This document shows positions 48,150-61,620 of a stretch of DNA of 64,000 nucleotides, one piece after another. The notes beneath the pieces are model-generated. The model worked only from the letters and a program-made list of their open reading frames with translations, was not told the origin of the DNA and made no database searches. Location: assembly GCF_016432865.1 (NCBI RefSeq), contig NC_067399.1, positions 635,066,001 through 635,130,000 on the forward strand, in the 5' to 3' direction. Each line of letters opens with the position of its first letter. Positions within the stretch are counted from its first letter, which is position 1. The DNA is from Antechinus flavipes (taxonomy: Eukaryota). The position numbers were made by a program, and so were the translations under genes.

Positions 48150-49170
48150 TTCTTAATACTTTTTAGCTCCAAGATGATAGGAAAAGATAATGACAAATGT
48201 TGGAGGGGATGTGGGAAAACTGGGGCATTGATATATTGTTGATGGAATTGTGAACACATCCAGCCATTCTGGAGAGCGATTTGGAACTATGCTCAAAAAG
48301 TTATCAAACTGTGCATACCTTTGATCCAGCAGTGTTACTACTGAGCTTGTATCCCAAAGAGATCTTAAAGAAGGGAAAGGGACCCACATGGGCATAAATG
48401 TTTGTGGCAGTCCCTTTTTGTAGTTGCCAGAAACTGGAAAATGAATGGATGCCCATCAATTGGAAAAAGGCTGAATAAATTGTAGTATATGAATATTATG
48501 GAATATTGTTGTTCTATAAGAAGCGATCAACAGGATGATTTCAGAAAGGCTTGGAGAGACTTACATGAACTGAGGCTGAGTGAAGTGAGCAGAACCAGGA
48601 GATTATTGTACATGGCAACAACAAATTTATATGATGATCAATTTTTTTTTGCCGAGGCAATTAAGATTAAATGACTTGCTCAGGGTCACACAGCTAAGAA
48701 GTATTAAGTGTTTGAGGCCAAATATGAACTCAAGTCCTCCTGACTTCAGGGCTAGCGTTCTATCCACTGCACCATCTAGCTGCCCTTATGACAATCAATT
48801 CTGATGGACCTGACTCTTGCCAACAATGAGATGATTGAGGCTAGTTCCATTGATCTTGTGATGAAGAGAACCATCTGCATCCAGAGGGAAGACAGTGGGA
48901 ACTTAACATAGATCACAACACAGCATTTTCATTCTTTTTGCTATTGTTTGCTTGCATTTTGTTCTTTCTCATTTTTTCCCTTTTTGATCTTATTTTTCTT
49001 GTGCAGCAAGATAATTGTATGAATATGTATACATATATTGGATTACTTGCCATCTATGAGAGAGTTTGGGGAGAAGGGGGGGAAATTTGGAACACAAAGT
49101 CTTGCAAAAGTCAATGTTGAAAAATTATCCATGTATATGTTTTGAAAATGAAAAGGTTTAATAAAAATAC
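48150..49170 (+). mobile_element. L1 3' end carrying a nested antisense WSINE1-like SINE (48644-48786)
   Basis: L1 ORF2-end sequence (gtggatgtg/ggatgtgggaaaactgggg...). SINE flanked by TATGATGATCAATT (48630-48643) and TATGACAATCAATT (48787-48800). Confidence 0.88.
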
Positions 49171-50549
49171 TTTTTAGCCCCAATGTTCACTAGTGACAAT
49201 CTAATATTTCCTTTTTTTTTAATTAAAGCTTTTTTATTTTCAAAATATATACTTGGATAACTTTCAATATTCACCCTTACAAAACCTTGTGTTCCAATTT
49301 TTTTCCCTTTCTTCTCCCACCCCCTCTCCTAGATAGCAAGTGATCCAATATATGTTAAATATGTGCAATTTTTCTATACATATTTCCACAAATATAACAT
49401 TTTCCTTTTCAAACCTTAATTTTTTTAATCTTAAGGACAAAAATGTTTGCCTCAGTGAAGTAATCTTATGTTTTTTGTTTAATCATTTCAGTCATGTCTG
49501 ACTCTTTTAGACCCCATTTGGGATTTTCTTGGCAAAGATATTGGAATGGTTTGCCATTTCCTTTTCCGACTTATTTTACAAATGAGGAAACTGAGGCAAA
49601 CAGAATTAAGAAACTTGCCCACGATCAGTCTATCATTCTTATAGTACAGGAATTGTTTTTTTTTTTAATTGGTTAGTTGGTTAGTTATTTGGTTAGATAG
49701 ATTCATTTCTGAACCTATCTGAATCTTTCTACAAAATACATTTTTAATAATGATTTGTCTAATTTCTTTTGACATTAATTGATTTATAGTACCCATGTTA
49801 TGTTTTGTTAATTTTTGTAATCTATATTCCTTATAGAAAAATAGGTACAAAGAAAGGGATGGATCAATAGAACATTAAGGCTCAGAATGGATAGAAGCTA
49901 CTTTCCTGATCCCTATAATAAACCCTAAACATACTTCTACTTTAGTAACATCAAGGAACTACGTTTTTATAGTTGGGGAACTTCCTCCATTGATAGTTCA
50001 TAATTTATAGTTTTACAAAGATGCCTGACTCTCAGAAAAGGTCATTGACTCAACCATGGCCAAGAGGCAAGATTCAAACTCAGCATTCCTATTTGTTTCT
50101 CTTTCCATTGTAACACATTGCCTTCCATTAAAAAACAAAACAAAACAAAACTTCAAAATAATTGGTAGAGAGGTGTATATAGTTGTCTCCATTCTCTCCT
50201 CGATTTCTTGTAGGCTCATCATAATTTTTCCTTTCTTGTTTCTCATTTTGATAGTCTGAGTTTTCTCTCTCATTTTGTATTACATTGGAAAATGATTTAT
50301 CAATTGATAGTATTTTGCCTTCAAACAGCATAGTTTTAATAGGTAGCTAGATGATATAATGGGTAGAATACAAGACTTGCAGTTAGAAGTAATACAATTA
50401 TATTCTGATGCAGATATTTCTTAGCTGTGTGATTCTGGTCATCTCATTTGTCCTTATCAGTCTCAGTTTCCCCATCTGCAAAATGGAGATAAAAATAGAG
50501 TCTATCACAGAAGTGTCCTCAAAAGAGATATTTGTAAAGAGCTTTGCAA

Positions 50550-51560
50550 GCCTTAAAGGACAATATGAATGTTACATGGATTTGTGATCCATGAGTCATG
50601 ATTTTAATTTTGTATATGTCATATTTTAACTTCTCCAATAGTCAGTGGTCTACTGGAAGATTCTTTAATGATCCTAATTGATGTCACTATTTTTCTTCTT
50701 GTAGCTCACAGGATTCTTTTCTTTTATTATTAAGTTGTCTAGGTGACTTTACATTATGTGTCTAGGAGGCTTGAATTTCAAGCTTTTTTCCTTATTAGTA
50801 CCTGTGAATTCTTCCTATTTCTAATTTATATCTTATTTTTAATGATCTGGAAAGATTTTCCTAAGTGGCTTCCTGGTATATGTGTTCAGATTATTTTCTT
50901 CTTTTAAATTTTCCAAGATGTCAGTATTGCTAAGGTGTTATGACCTATCTTCTAAATTTATCATTTGTATTTGCGTGGTTTCCAACTTTATTAACAGTTG
51001 AGTTATTTTCCAAGCTTGTTTTCCCACTTCTATTGTCAGCAGTTTTGTTTTAGCTGTAATAAGGCTATTTTTGATTGCCTTTCTTGATATCCCCAGGTTT
51101 TCTATTATATTCTTTATATTGGTCATTTTTTTTCATTATTTCCTTCTGATCTTATTTTGTGTGGTGTCTTTTAGTTCTAGCTTGAGTTTCTCCCGGGGTC
51201 TTTTAACTGCTAGAAGTTCCTCATTTATATCCTCTCCTGATTTTCTTGCTAGTGTTAATTCTTCCCATAAATTCCTTAAATGTGTCATTTATCCATTTAA
51301 AGAGATCTCTTGGGATAACTCGTTTTGTTTCTTTTTTTCCCCATTAGCATTGTTTCTGCTGCTTTTGCCTTTGTTTTGCTTCCTCATGAAATTTTTTTTT
51401 GTTTGTTTCTGAAGCTCTTCTTCACTTTGTTCATGGTCTTTTTCTTTCTTTTTTTGTAAATCATTTTCTTATGTGGAATATTTTTAGCTATTTGTCTTCC
51501 TTCAGTGTTCTTGTTGCTATGGAGGATTCAAGGAACTCAGCTCCCCTGCAACCTTTCATT
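50550..51560 (-). mobile_element. L1/HAL1 ORF1-like remnant
   Basis: Minus-strand remnant ...QIQMINLEDRS resembles the L1 ORF1 coiled-coil end, LENRSRR.NL. Confidence 0.55.
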
Positions 51561-52749
51561 TCACCATCTTTCCAATAAGACTCTCTGTTGAGGATTTTCA
51601 TACTTTTAAAATTAGCATTTCATGTTCTCACACTTGATGACCACCTCCAATGTTACAGAGATGTCTATTATGATCTCTGATTGTTTTCTTTAGTAAGGAA
51701 TTTGAGTCTCCAAGTTAAAGTATCTACAGATATCAAAGGAGTTTGATGTGTCACTTGAGTATGGCTCTTCCCCATAATCAGAAAGTCTTTATTAAAAATT
51801 GATAGTAATGATAATAGAGACAGTGTCGAATAATAGAGAGAGAGAAAGAGGCTGTCTCTGTCAAGAAGACCAACCTTCCAAAAAGATCAAAGAAAGAGGA
51901 AAAGGACTCATATGTAAAAAATATTTATAGAGGTTATTTTCATAATAATCCCAAACTGGAAACTAAGTGGGTGTTCACCTATTGGAAGAATGACCAAACA
52001 AATAATGGAATATTATTATGACATATGAAAGGATAAAATGAGTCTAGAGAACCCATGAATTATAACACTAAGTTCCTGCCAGAGAGGTAATGTACAAAAA
52101 ATTGAAAACAAGACACCTACTTTTGGACATGGCCAATGTGGGAACTTATTTTGCTGAATTATGGATATTTGTTATAAGGCATTAAAAATGTTCAAAGGCA
52201 ACAGTGCAAGGGAGAGATAATGTTTGTTAAAAGTTGATGAAAGAGAGGAAAAGACCTGGGATCAAGTCTTCCCTCTACACAAATTGATTGTGACCCAGAA
52301 AAGACACTGAAATTTTCAGAGCCCTCAATAATTCTCTAAAGTTGCAGAGAAAGTGCTGATCTATACTGGTAAAGGATATTCCTCACAGGAGCTCCCCCAC
52401 ATAGGAGAAATTCACAGGTCTAGTCAAGAATCGGGGCAGCTAAGTGGTACAGATAGAACATCAGTCCTGGATTCAGGAAGATTCATCTTCACAAGTTCAA
52501 ATCAAGCCTCAAATTACTAGCTGTGGGCAAGTCATTTATTTAACTCTGTTTATCTCAGTTTCCTCATTTGGTCTGGAGAAGAAAATGGGAAAACACTTAA
52601 AACATTTGCTTTGCCAAGAAAATCCAAAATGGGATCATGAAGAGTCAGACATGACTGAAAAGCCAATTGAACAACAACAGCCAAGAAATAATAACTATTG
52701 ATTGAAATTGACATCAGAATTGGCCAATTCTGAGATATTACTTCATACC

Positions 52750-53610
52750 TATTATTGACCAATGGGTCAGAAAAGGAAAATGACAAATATTGGATGGAAT
52801 GTGGGGAAAATGAGACATTAATGCATAGTGGATAGAGTTGTAAACTGATTCAACCATTCTGTAGAGTAATTTGGAACTATGAAACTATGCCATAAAACCA
52901 GTCATACCTTTTGACCTAACAATACCATTATTAGGAATAAATTCTAAAAGAGATTTTAAAAAAGTAAAAGAACCTATATGTACAAAAATGTTTATAGCAG
53001 CTCTTTTCTCAGAGCAAGGAATTGGAAATTGAGGGGATGTCCATGAATTGGGGACTAGTTGAAAAAATTGTAGTTTGTGATTATGATCAAATACTATTAT
53101 AATGGAACTATTGTAGTATGTAATTATGATGGAATAATATTGTCATTTAAGAAATGATGAGCAGGATGCTCTCAGAAAAAGCTGGAAAGTCCTCCAAAAG
53201 TTTATGCAAAGTGAAATGCACTACGCACAAAGTAATAGCATTGTTGGAGGATAATCAGCTTCAAATGACTTTGTTTTTATCAGCAATACAATAATCCAAG
53301 ACTACTCTGAAAGACTTATGCTAGCCATACTCAGAGAAAGAACTTATTGTGTCTGAATACAAGCTGAAGCTTTTTTTTTAAACTTTATTTTTCTTGAGAC
53401 TTTTTTTTTTTTTGCAGAGGGGAGGGGGCGGTATCTATGTTTTCTTTCGCAATATGACTTTTATGGAAAAGTTTTGCATAATTCCACATGTGCCTTCTCA
53501 ATGAGGGAGGCGTGGGAAGAGAAGAAGAGAGAGAACTTGAAGCTCAAAGTTTTAAAACATGTTAAAGTTGTTTTACATGCAACTGGGGAAAATAAAATGT
53601 TAAATAATAA
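52750..53610 (+). mobile_element. Old L1 3' region
   Basis: gaaaatgacaaatattggatggaatgtgggaaaa...tttggaactatg...aggatgctctcagaaaaagctggaaag motifs shared with the other L1 ends in the window. Confidence 0.75.
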
Positions 53611-56600
53611 AATTTTAAGGTTTGTAGAATGTTCTACACACATTATCTCATTCAATTCTTAAATCCCCATGAGGTAGATCCTTCATGGACTATTATCCCC
53701 CTTTTACAGAGAAAATTAAAACTGAGAGACATTATTCACACAACTGTTATCTGGGATGAGACTTGAATCGATCTTCCCGAGTCCAAATCTACTACTTCAT
53801 CCACCATATAACACTGAACAGATTCAAAGTGGCACAATTCTTGATCCCTAATGTCTTCCAGTTGAAGAGTAGCATTCTGGGGGTGGCAGAAACAAATTGA
53901 TTTCATTCTGTTTTATGTCCTGTCCTCCTCTTAGGCAAAATAATGATAATAACTAAAAATGATTCATGGATGTGGTGCTTTCAAGATGACAATGTACTCT
54001 CTGTGCACTGACTCGTTTGAGCCCCACAATAATTCTATATTATATTATCCTCATTATCCTGAGGCTCTGAAAAATTAGGTGAGTTGCTGCCTATGGCCAC
54101 AGAGCCAATAAGGATCAAAGGTAGAATTTGAACTCCGAGTCTAGGGTTCTTTCCATTACATTAAATATCTTAATGTAGCTGCTATTTCAAATGGAACTGG
54201 TCCAAAGTAAGGGTCATCTCTAAAGTATCTGTGAAAGTGTGAAGTGGCTAATGCTCTCCAGTGGTCAGTCAGGTATTAGGCTGTGAATATGCTGTCACTT
54301 CTATTCCCAACCTAATCGCAGGTCCATTTAATTGATGGCTGCTGTCTTCTTGGGGACCCAGTTTTTCAAAAGTGTGTTAAAACAACTTTGGGAACAAAAG
54401 AAGAAGCCTAAGCACACATCCTTTTCCCAAACTCAAACTTCTTTTTGTTATACTAATAACCTTTCTCTCCTTCCTACCAGGAAGACTTAGTAAGATTAAG
54501 TATTTGTAAAATTAATTAAAATTAATTAAAATTAATCTTTACCTTTAGCATAGGGTCACCATCGTTGATTGTTAGCTGATTTATGGACTTCAACAGAGTT
54601 CAAGGCAGAGACAACCACCAAGATCACTTTGGATTAGATCACCCCAGATATGGAATAATAATAACTCCCTGCTGTGGGAAGGGGGGAAAGAGGAGGGGGG
54701 CCAAAGGCAGGGTCTGAGATGGCAAGGCACATACCAATACCCTTGATCCAAATGTCTCTGGAGGTTGAAATAAAGTCCCAAGCAATTTTGACAGCAGAGA
54801 GAGATAGCAGGTGCTCCAATTGTTTTGACAGCTGGGGAGATAAACAGAGGTATCTATTTCACTGTAACATCTAAAGCACTCAAGATTTCACTCCAAATAC
54901 TTTGTCATCACATCGATCAGACATCAAAAAAGCCTGCTCAACATTCCCACAGCCTCCACTCTCATTACCTACTATAAAAACATCTCCTGGAGCATACAAT
55001 AGAATTGCGGGAGCGTTCTCCGCCTCCTCTGTCTTTTAGCAGAACGCAGGTCCCTTGAGATGGTTTATGGGAGTTATAAATGACCAACATACATAGAGGA
55101 AGAGAAAAAATGGACCAAATGACAGAGCAATCAGAATATCACCATCCACAAGGGCCTGGTCACTATCTGATTCTACCTTTTAGGTTCTTTCTTCCTTTTT
55201 TTAAGTTCTAAAAACTTTTTAAAAGTTTCCCTTTTTTATGAGATAATTCCCATTTTGATTTCTAACTCATGGCTTGTGCTTTGGTCACGGTCACATCATT
55301 TCACAGTTCAGCTGGCTATTGAGTGGGACTTGGGCTAATAGCTCAGGGACTTTATTCCAGAACACACCCATTCTTTTGGGGGGGAATCCTTGGGTGTCCT
55401 ATCCAAAGACATGGGAGGGAGTGGAGTTGGCAGGGACAGGTGAGATGGAGCAGGAGCTGGGAGATGGGAAAGGGTAGCAGCAACTTGCTTTGTCTGGTTT
55501 CCTGCTGGGGCCTAGAACTCCTCAGCAATTCAGGCCTTCTTTGGTGCAAGTGAGACGAGAGAGCTCATAGCAAACAACAGCCAACTGGCAAAGGGCCACT
55601 TGCCTAGTTTGGATGAGTTATGATCCAGACCAGGTGAGGGAAAAGGAATGCTGGCCTTCCCTCAAAGGACTAGAGAAAGTTGAGACATAGAATAGTACAC
55701 GCCCTCACTTAAAAATAGATAGATAGATAGATGATGGATAGATGCATTCATTTTGTTTTTATATCAGCAAGTTACAAATATACTCTTTTCCTGTTCCCAA
55801 GACTTCCTAGTAAGGTAAAGCAACAAGTATTTTTTATGTGCCAGATATATTAGTGATTTTAATAAATGTTAATGATTACTAGTTAATGTTAGTGATGATT
55901 ATTATAGAGACAAGAAACAACAAGATCATGCAGATGACAAGTAAAAAACCCTTAATTTGTGTTATGTTACATGCACTTATAAGTATCATATAGGGAAAGC
56001 ACTCTCTTCCCTGCTTGCAAAAAAGTAGATCAGAAGTTGGCTACTCCTTTCTAGCCAGCCTTTCTATGTAAAGTTCCTAGGATGACTTAAAGAGTCTGAA
56101 CTTTTGGATCTGAGATAGCCGCTGAGGCTATGAACTAAAAGAGACGAAACCCCTCACCTGAAAGCTACAATTCAATGGAGATCCAAGATGTGGCAGTAGC
56201 AGGAGACCGAAGGATTGTTATCACAGAGGAGAAAATAGACCAGTAGAAAAAGCAGTTTGTAACCTAATGACATCACTAAGCTAATAAATGATACTGTCAT
56301 TTGAGGAGAATTCTGTGAGGATGTAGCCAAGGGGAGCTGTTTTGGATATGTTCTTATACATATGACCACATTCATGCATGTTTCTTTTCTGTGTGACCTT
56401 TCCACATAGGTGTCCCGTGCATACGTCCCATAAACATGGATTTCCTTGTCACACATTTTTTAAAATGTGTGTTTCCTGTTCCTATTCCTATTCTCCTATG
56501 AGGATCTGTGGGAGAATGTAACCTTATGTATATTGGCTGGTGGGAAGTAAGGTTGCATGTCATTTATTTTATTATATTCAAATGTTCAAATATTTTTGTG

Positions 56601-57798
56601 ATCTCATCATTTTGGAAGGTTTTTCAACAATGGAACACATTCATATTTGCCCGATCCATGTGACTCTTGTCCATATCCTCCCATAAAGTCTCCATAGGGA
56701 ATCTACCCAATGTCCTGGAGGACTTCACTTTCTCATCGTCATATTAGAATACCAGTGGAACACTCTCTGATTTTCCTTTCACTCTTTCACCCTTTATTTT
56801 TGCTACATAATCAGACCATCTTCTTTTCCTATCATATGATAATTATTTGGTAACATCTTTTATTCCTATTATTTATTGGTTCACACTCACCCTATACTTT
56901 TCTCTACTGTCCTCCTTGTGATATTTATTCTTAATTCTTCAGAGATTATTCTTTTTCCTGATTGTTAGTTCTAGCTCTTCTAGAAAGTTTGGGATCATTA
57001 AAGGAGTTTTGTAATTTCCTGAAGGTAATCTAATTCACTCTCTTCCTCCTATACATCTGTATTATCTCTCTAAACTTACTAATAGATAAGCACTATATCC
57101 AAATAAAGGTTATAATCCACTCCATAGGAATTTTTCATCCCTTTGGTCTTTATTATGTGGATGATCAGACCAAACTCCTTTGAGTGATTACAGATATCTG
57201 GCAAAAGGATCTACAATATTGTGAATTTTGATGAAACTGACATAGTTCTCCATAAATTGAAAAAATCTAGACGATCTCACCATCCAAACTTCTGGTTGAT
57301 TTGGTAAAATAATTATCAGTGTCATCTCATGAAATATGTCTTTTGAGGAGCTATTGATCCAAAGGTGTCTTAAACCTGAGATAGATCTGAGAAGTCCATG
57401 ATTGTAGAAGGCCTGGGTTACATTAATATGAGTCAGTGATCTTCTTGATTCAGAGGATTGTCTCCAACAATAAAGATCACAAACGATTCAGGCTTTTCCA
57501 TTTTATGTGTGGCTACTGTCCATGTTTTCCCAAAAGTTCATCTCAGGGATCCACCCAAATACACCGGGCTTTTTTTTTTTATTATACTAAAGGAGTAATA
57601 AAATGTCTTTGAACATTAAGCAATAATTCAGGAGTCTGTTTAGATTTTTCTACTACTTTAGACATTCTCTTCTTACCACAGCAAAATAAGGGGCAGTGAA
57701 CTGTCTCTTAAAGTCATTGTCTGGGTGAAATTGTATTAAATGCTACAGACCCAGGACAGCAGTCCTTGGTGGGAGGAGAGGTTGTGGCATTTGGTGGC

Positions 57799-57918
57799 TA
57801 TAAAATACCCAGAAGAACGGAGTCTCCTGGAGATGCTGGTGGCAGTTGTTCAAGGTGGCAAGGTCAGAGAGATGCCGGTCTGGACATATGTTTAGCAAAA
57901 CAGGAGCAACCCCAGCTG
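57799..57918 (+). promoter_or_regulatory. TATA box with an ERR-type half-site and E-boxes
   Basis: TATAAAA at 57799-57805, CAGTTG near 57843, CAAGGTCA at 57859-57866, CAGCTG at 57913-57918, all in non-repeat GC-richer DNA. Confidence 0.35.
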
Positions 57919-59880
57919 GGCACAAACAGAAAGCCAAAGGGCAGAAGAGGCAGAAAGAGGGCATTCTGAACTGGTGGCTCCCACCAAGTATGTCAGGCTG
58001 GGCAGACTGGCGGCAGCAGGGCTGAGGCAGCAGTAATATCGCTCTGTATATCTGAGAAGGTCAGCCTGTACAGAATGCTGCTACCCAAAGACTTTGGAGC
58101 TGGAAGCTCGGGAGGCTGGCAGGGGAAGAGATGGGAGAGGGCTTCAGCCCCTCAGAACATTCCAAGAGGAAGTGTAGCTGTGGGAGGGAGGTGACCACCC
58201 CAGAGTCATAGGGAAGGCTTCCCCCCCAATGCCCTCTGGCATGGAGGGCAGCTTAGCTCATCTCTCCCAGCTCATGTTGTTAAGTCCTCAGGACAAAATG
58301 TTACATGTCTTCTCTGCAGGAGCTATGTGACTCTCAACTGGGCTTATTTTTTAAACTAGAAAGCATCATGGAAACGCCAATGAGTACAGGTAAGACAATG
58401 CAGGAAGCATTTATTACTCACTTCCATGTACAGGGCACCTCCTGACTCCTGATTATGATCCCCATTTTAAAAAGGAGAAAATGGAGGTCTCAGATGGGCT
58501 AGTCTGTGATCACACAGACTGAGATGGGATTTGAACCAGGGTTTTCCCCACTGTGCCTGGTTGATCTCTCAAACTCTTTATGGTGTGGTGGTGAGATGGG
58601 TAGATAACATAAATATACTCTCTGATTTAAAACTTTTGTTTTTTTTATTTTCAGATCCATATTGTTTCCCTTTCATTTTTCTCCATCCTCTCCTTCCCCC
58701 ACAATTTGAGAAAGCAAAAAAAAAAAATTCCCCTGATATAGCATGGATAAAAAAGCACAACAAATTCTGTTATTGGTCAACTCTTAGCTTCTTATAAAGG
58801 ATGGTGATTATTGGGGTTTTGCCATCCTAAGAGAAAGTGGATTTCATCTTCCAATGGGCAGGAACAATTCTATATAAAATTTGTTAATGATTGAGAATTT
58901 CCACTTTTTTGGTTCGGTCTTTACTCATATTTTGTGTTATCTTTTTCTACAGGAGATGCACTCCATCACCTGGACAAAAGGAAACAAGACTTAAAGAAAA
59001 TATAAACATTTCCCCTTGACCCAGGGGTTGAAGCTCTCCTCTGTTAGGGAAGGATTATTACATAGATCTTAGGCAAAAGGCTGAAACAAAACTTTTAAAT
59101 TCCTCACTGCTACAGTATAACCACTCCCCATAGAGACTTAGTGTCATTTACACTCAGAACTTACGTTCACCAGAGATGAAATTGGAAACTCAACATAAAT
59201 ACCACAAACTTTGACATCAAGCATATAGGGGTGGGAAGGAGCTCCCCTCTGCCTTTTTCCTGTTTATTAATCCTGCTAAATGGTGAAAAACCCAGTGGTT
59301 CCTACACTGTTGAACGGTTGAGAATGCTATCAATGTCTTCAAAATTTAATAACCTGGGAAAAGTCCCAATTGACTTCCCCTTAGTTATACCCTAATGCGT
59401 GTCCCCTGGCAACCTTCAACTACTCAAGGAAACAAGTAGGAGTCCTCCGTCAGAAACCCCTGACTTCTCCCAAAAGCCAACAGTAAAATCCTAGGATCAT
59501 AGATTTTGAGTTGAAATATTTATTAAGCACCTACTACATGCCAGGGACTGTGCCAGGTGCTTTACAGATATCTCTTTTGACTCTAGCAAGGACCCTGAGG
59601 TAGGTCCATTATTTCTTTGATTTTGCAGTCGAGGAAATTGAGATAGAGTCCAGAATCACCCAGCTGAGGGGGAGGGGGAAAGGGGGGTTTGAATCCAGGT
59701 CCTCTGAGTCCAGTTCAGTGCTTTTAAACTGTTCTGAGGTGGAGCCCGTTCGCCCTCTCATTGCTGGAGTGGCCCAGGAGCACCTGGTACCTGACTCATG
59801 GGTTCTAAGGTTTCAGGTGGCATCCGGGAATAGTCTCACCAACAGATGTAGGGAAGGCTCCTTTTGGACTGGGCGGCGGG

Positions 59881-60013
59881 CAAGGTCAGAGTCAGCAAAT
59901 CCGCCCCTAAAAATAGGCTCTGGTTTCCAAGCGGGTGAGGTCGCCAGTCTGGCTCCGTGACATGCGACCGGGATACCTGCTCCCTGCGGCACTCCTGGTG
60001 CTCACAGGTAAGC
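59881..60013 (+). promoter_or_regulatory. Muscle-type promoter plus candidate non-coding exon 1 of DUSP29 (DUPD1)
   Basis: CAAGGTCA (ERR/SF1-type half-site) at 59881. Perfect MEF2 site CTAAAAATAG at 59907-59916. Donor CAG|GTAAGC after 60007. Local CpG enrichment. The DUSP29 identity is inferred from synteny; its coding exons are not in the window. Confidence 0.5.
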
Positions 60014-60639
60014 CATCCAACAGGAAGCTTGGCCAGGCTTCTGGCGGGCACCTCTGGGGGTGGGCGGGGGAAGGGAAGCAACAAGCGTCGCCTTTTCTAA
60101 AAGAGTTTCCAGGAGATGTGTAGACACCCCCTCCCCCCAACACCCGCGTTCTGGATGTCTCAAGAACAGGCTAAATAGGAATATTATGAGTCCAAACTGT
60201 GGGTGCGTAAGGCCCCCTGGGAGCGCACTCACAGGAGCTCTCTGTCCAACGGGATGTCTCCATCAACCAGAACTGTCCTTTGATCTCGCCGTCGGGCGTT
60301 CCCCTGGACGCAGTCAGCCCTGAATCTGTTTCTTTTCAGGGACAGGGTCCTGAGCTAAGGGACTTTCTTTTGGCCTGAATATTTAATTGTCTTTCTCCTC
60401 TTTCCCCTCAGAGCTGATCCCTTTAAGCTCAATCTCCCTTTCTCCGGGCTGAAACTATGGTGTAAAGTGCCACGGGGTCTTGGGAGACACAGGAGGTAAT
60501 ATGTGACATATGAATTACCTGGGCTCTTCTTTCAATTTTTAATTCGCCCATTTGGCCAAGAAGCCCAATAAAGGAATTCCTAATTCAAGGAATTCTTGAC
60601 AGAAGTACTACTGAATTCCAATTGGAAAAAAATAGAGTT

Positions 60640-61620
60640 GAAATATTGTTAACAATTATATCTCTATTGAAATATTATTAATAATATCTATATTGAAATA
60701 GTGATACTTATATTTCTACTTCTGCATATTATATCTATATTGAAATATTGTTAATAATGACATCTCTATCTCCATATATTATATCTATATTGAAATATTG
60801 TTAATACTAATATCTCTACATAGAAATATTATTTAGAATCATATCTGTATTGAAATATTGTTAATAATTATATAGCTACATGTTATATCTATATTAAAAT
60901 ATTATTAAAATTTACATCTATATGGAGATATTGTTAAAAGTTATATCTATTGAAATACTGATAATAATTATATCTCCATCTCTATATCTGTATAGAAATA
61001 TTAAGTATATCTATATCTCAATATGATATCTATATTGAAATATTAATAATTATATCTATATTGAGATATTGATAATTACATATCTATTTCCATTAATCAT
61101 ATTTATATTGAGATATTATTAATTATATCTATATTGAAATATTACAAATAGTCATATCTCCATATATTAAATTTATCATTGAAATAATATAATTATGCCT
61201 CTATAGAAATATTGTTAATAATTACTCTCTAGATATTATATCTATATAAAATATTATTAATAATTACACCTCTATACATCTACATTGAAATATTAATTAT
61301 TATATCTATATTGAAATATTGTTAATAATCATACCTCTATATATCTATATTGAAATATTGTTAATAATTATATCTATTTTGAAATAGTATAATAATTATA
61401 CATCCATATGTTATTTATATTGAAATATCATTAATAATTACATCTATATTGAAATATTGATAATAACAATATATCTCTATAGAAATATTTATAAGTATAT
61501 CTGTATCTATATTTAAATATTAACAATTATATAAATATTAGAATATCATTAATAATTATATCTCTATATAGAAATGTTTATCTATGTTAAATATTAATAA
61601 TTATATCAATATATCTATAT
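60640..61620. repeat. AT-rich degenerate minisatellite
   Basis: About 1 kb of imperfect repeats of approximately ATATCTATATTGAAATATTGTTAATAATT. Confidence 0.9.

Noticed and set aside
56050-57600. Possible ancient LTR/LINE coding remnant on the minus strand
   Set aside because: Translations gave no motif I could assign with confidence. It needs a Dfam/BLASTx search.
60640-61620. CRISPR-like array
   Set aside because: The units are degenerate with no unique spacers, and the context is eukaryotic. It is a minisatellite.
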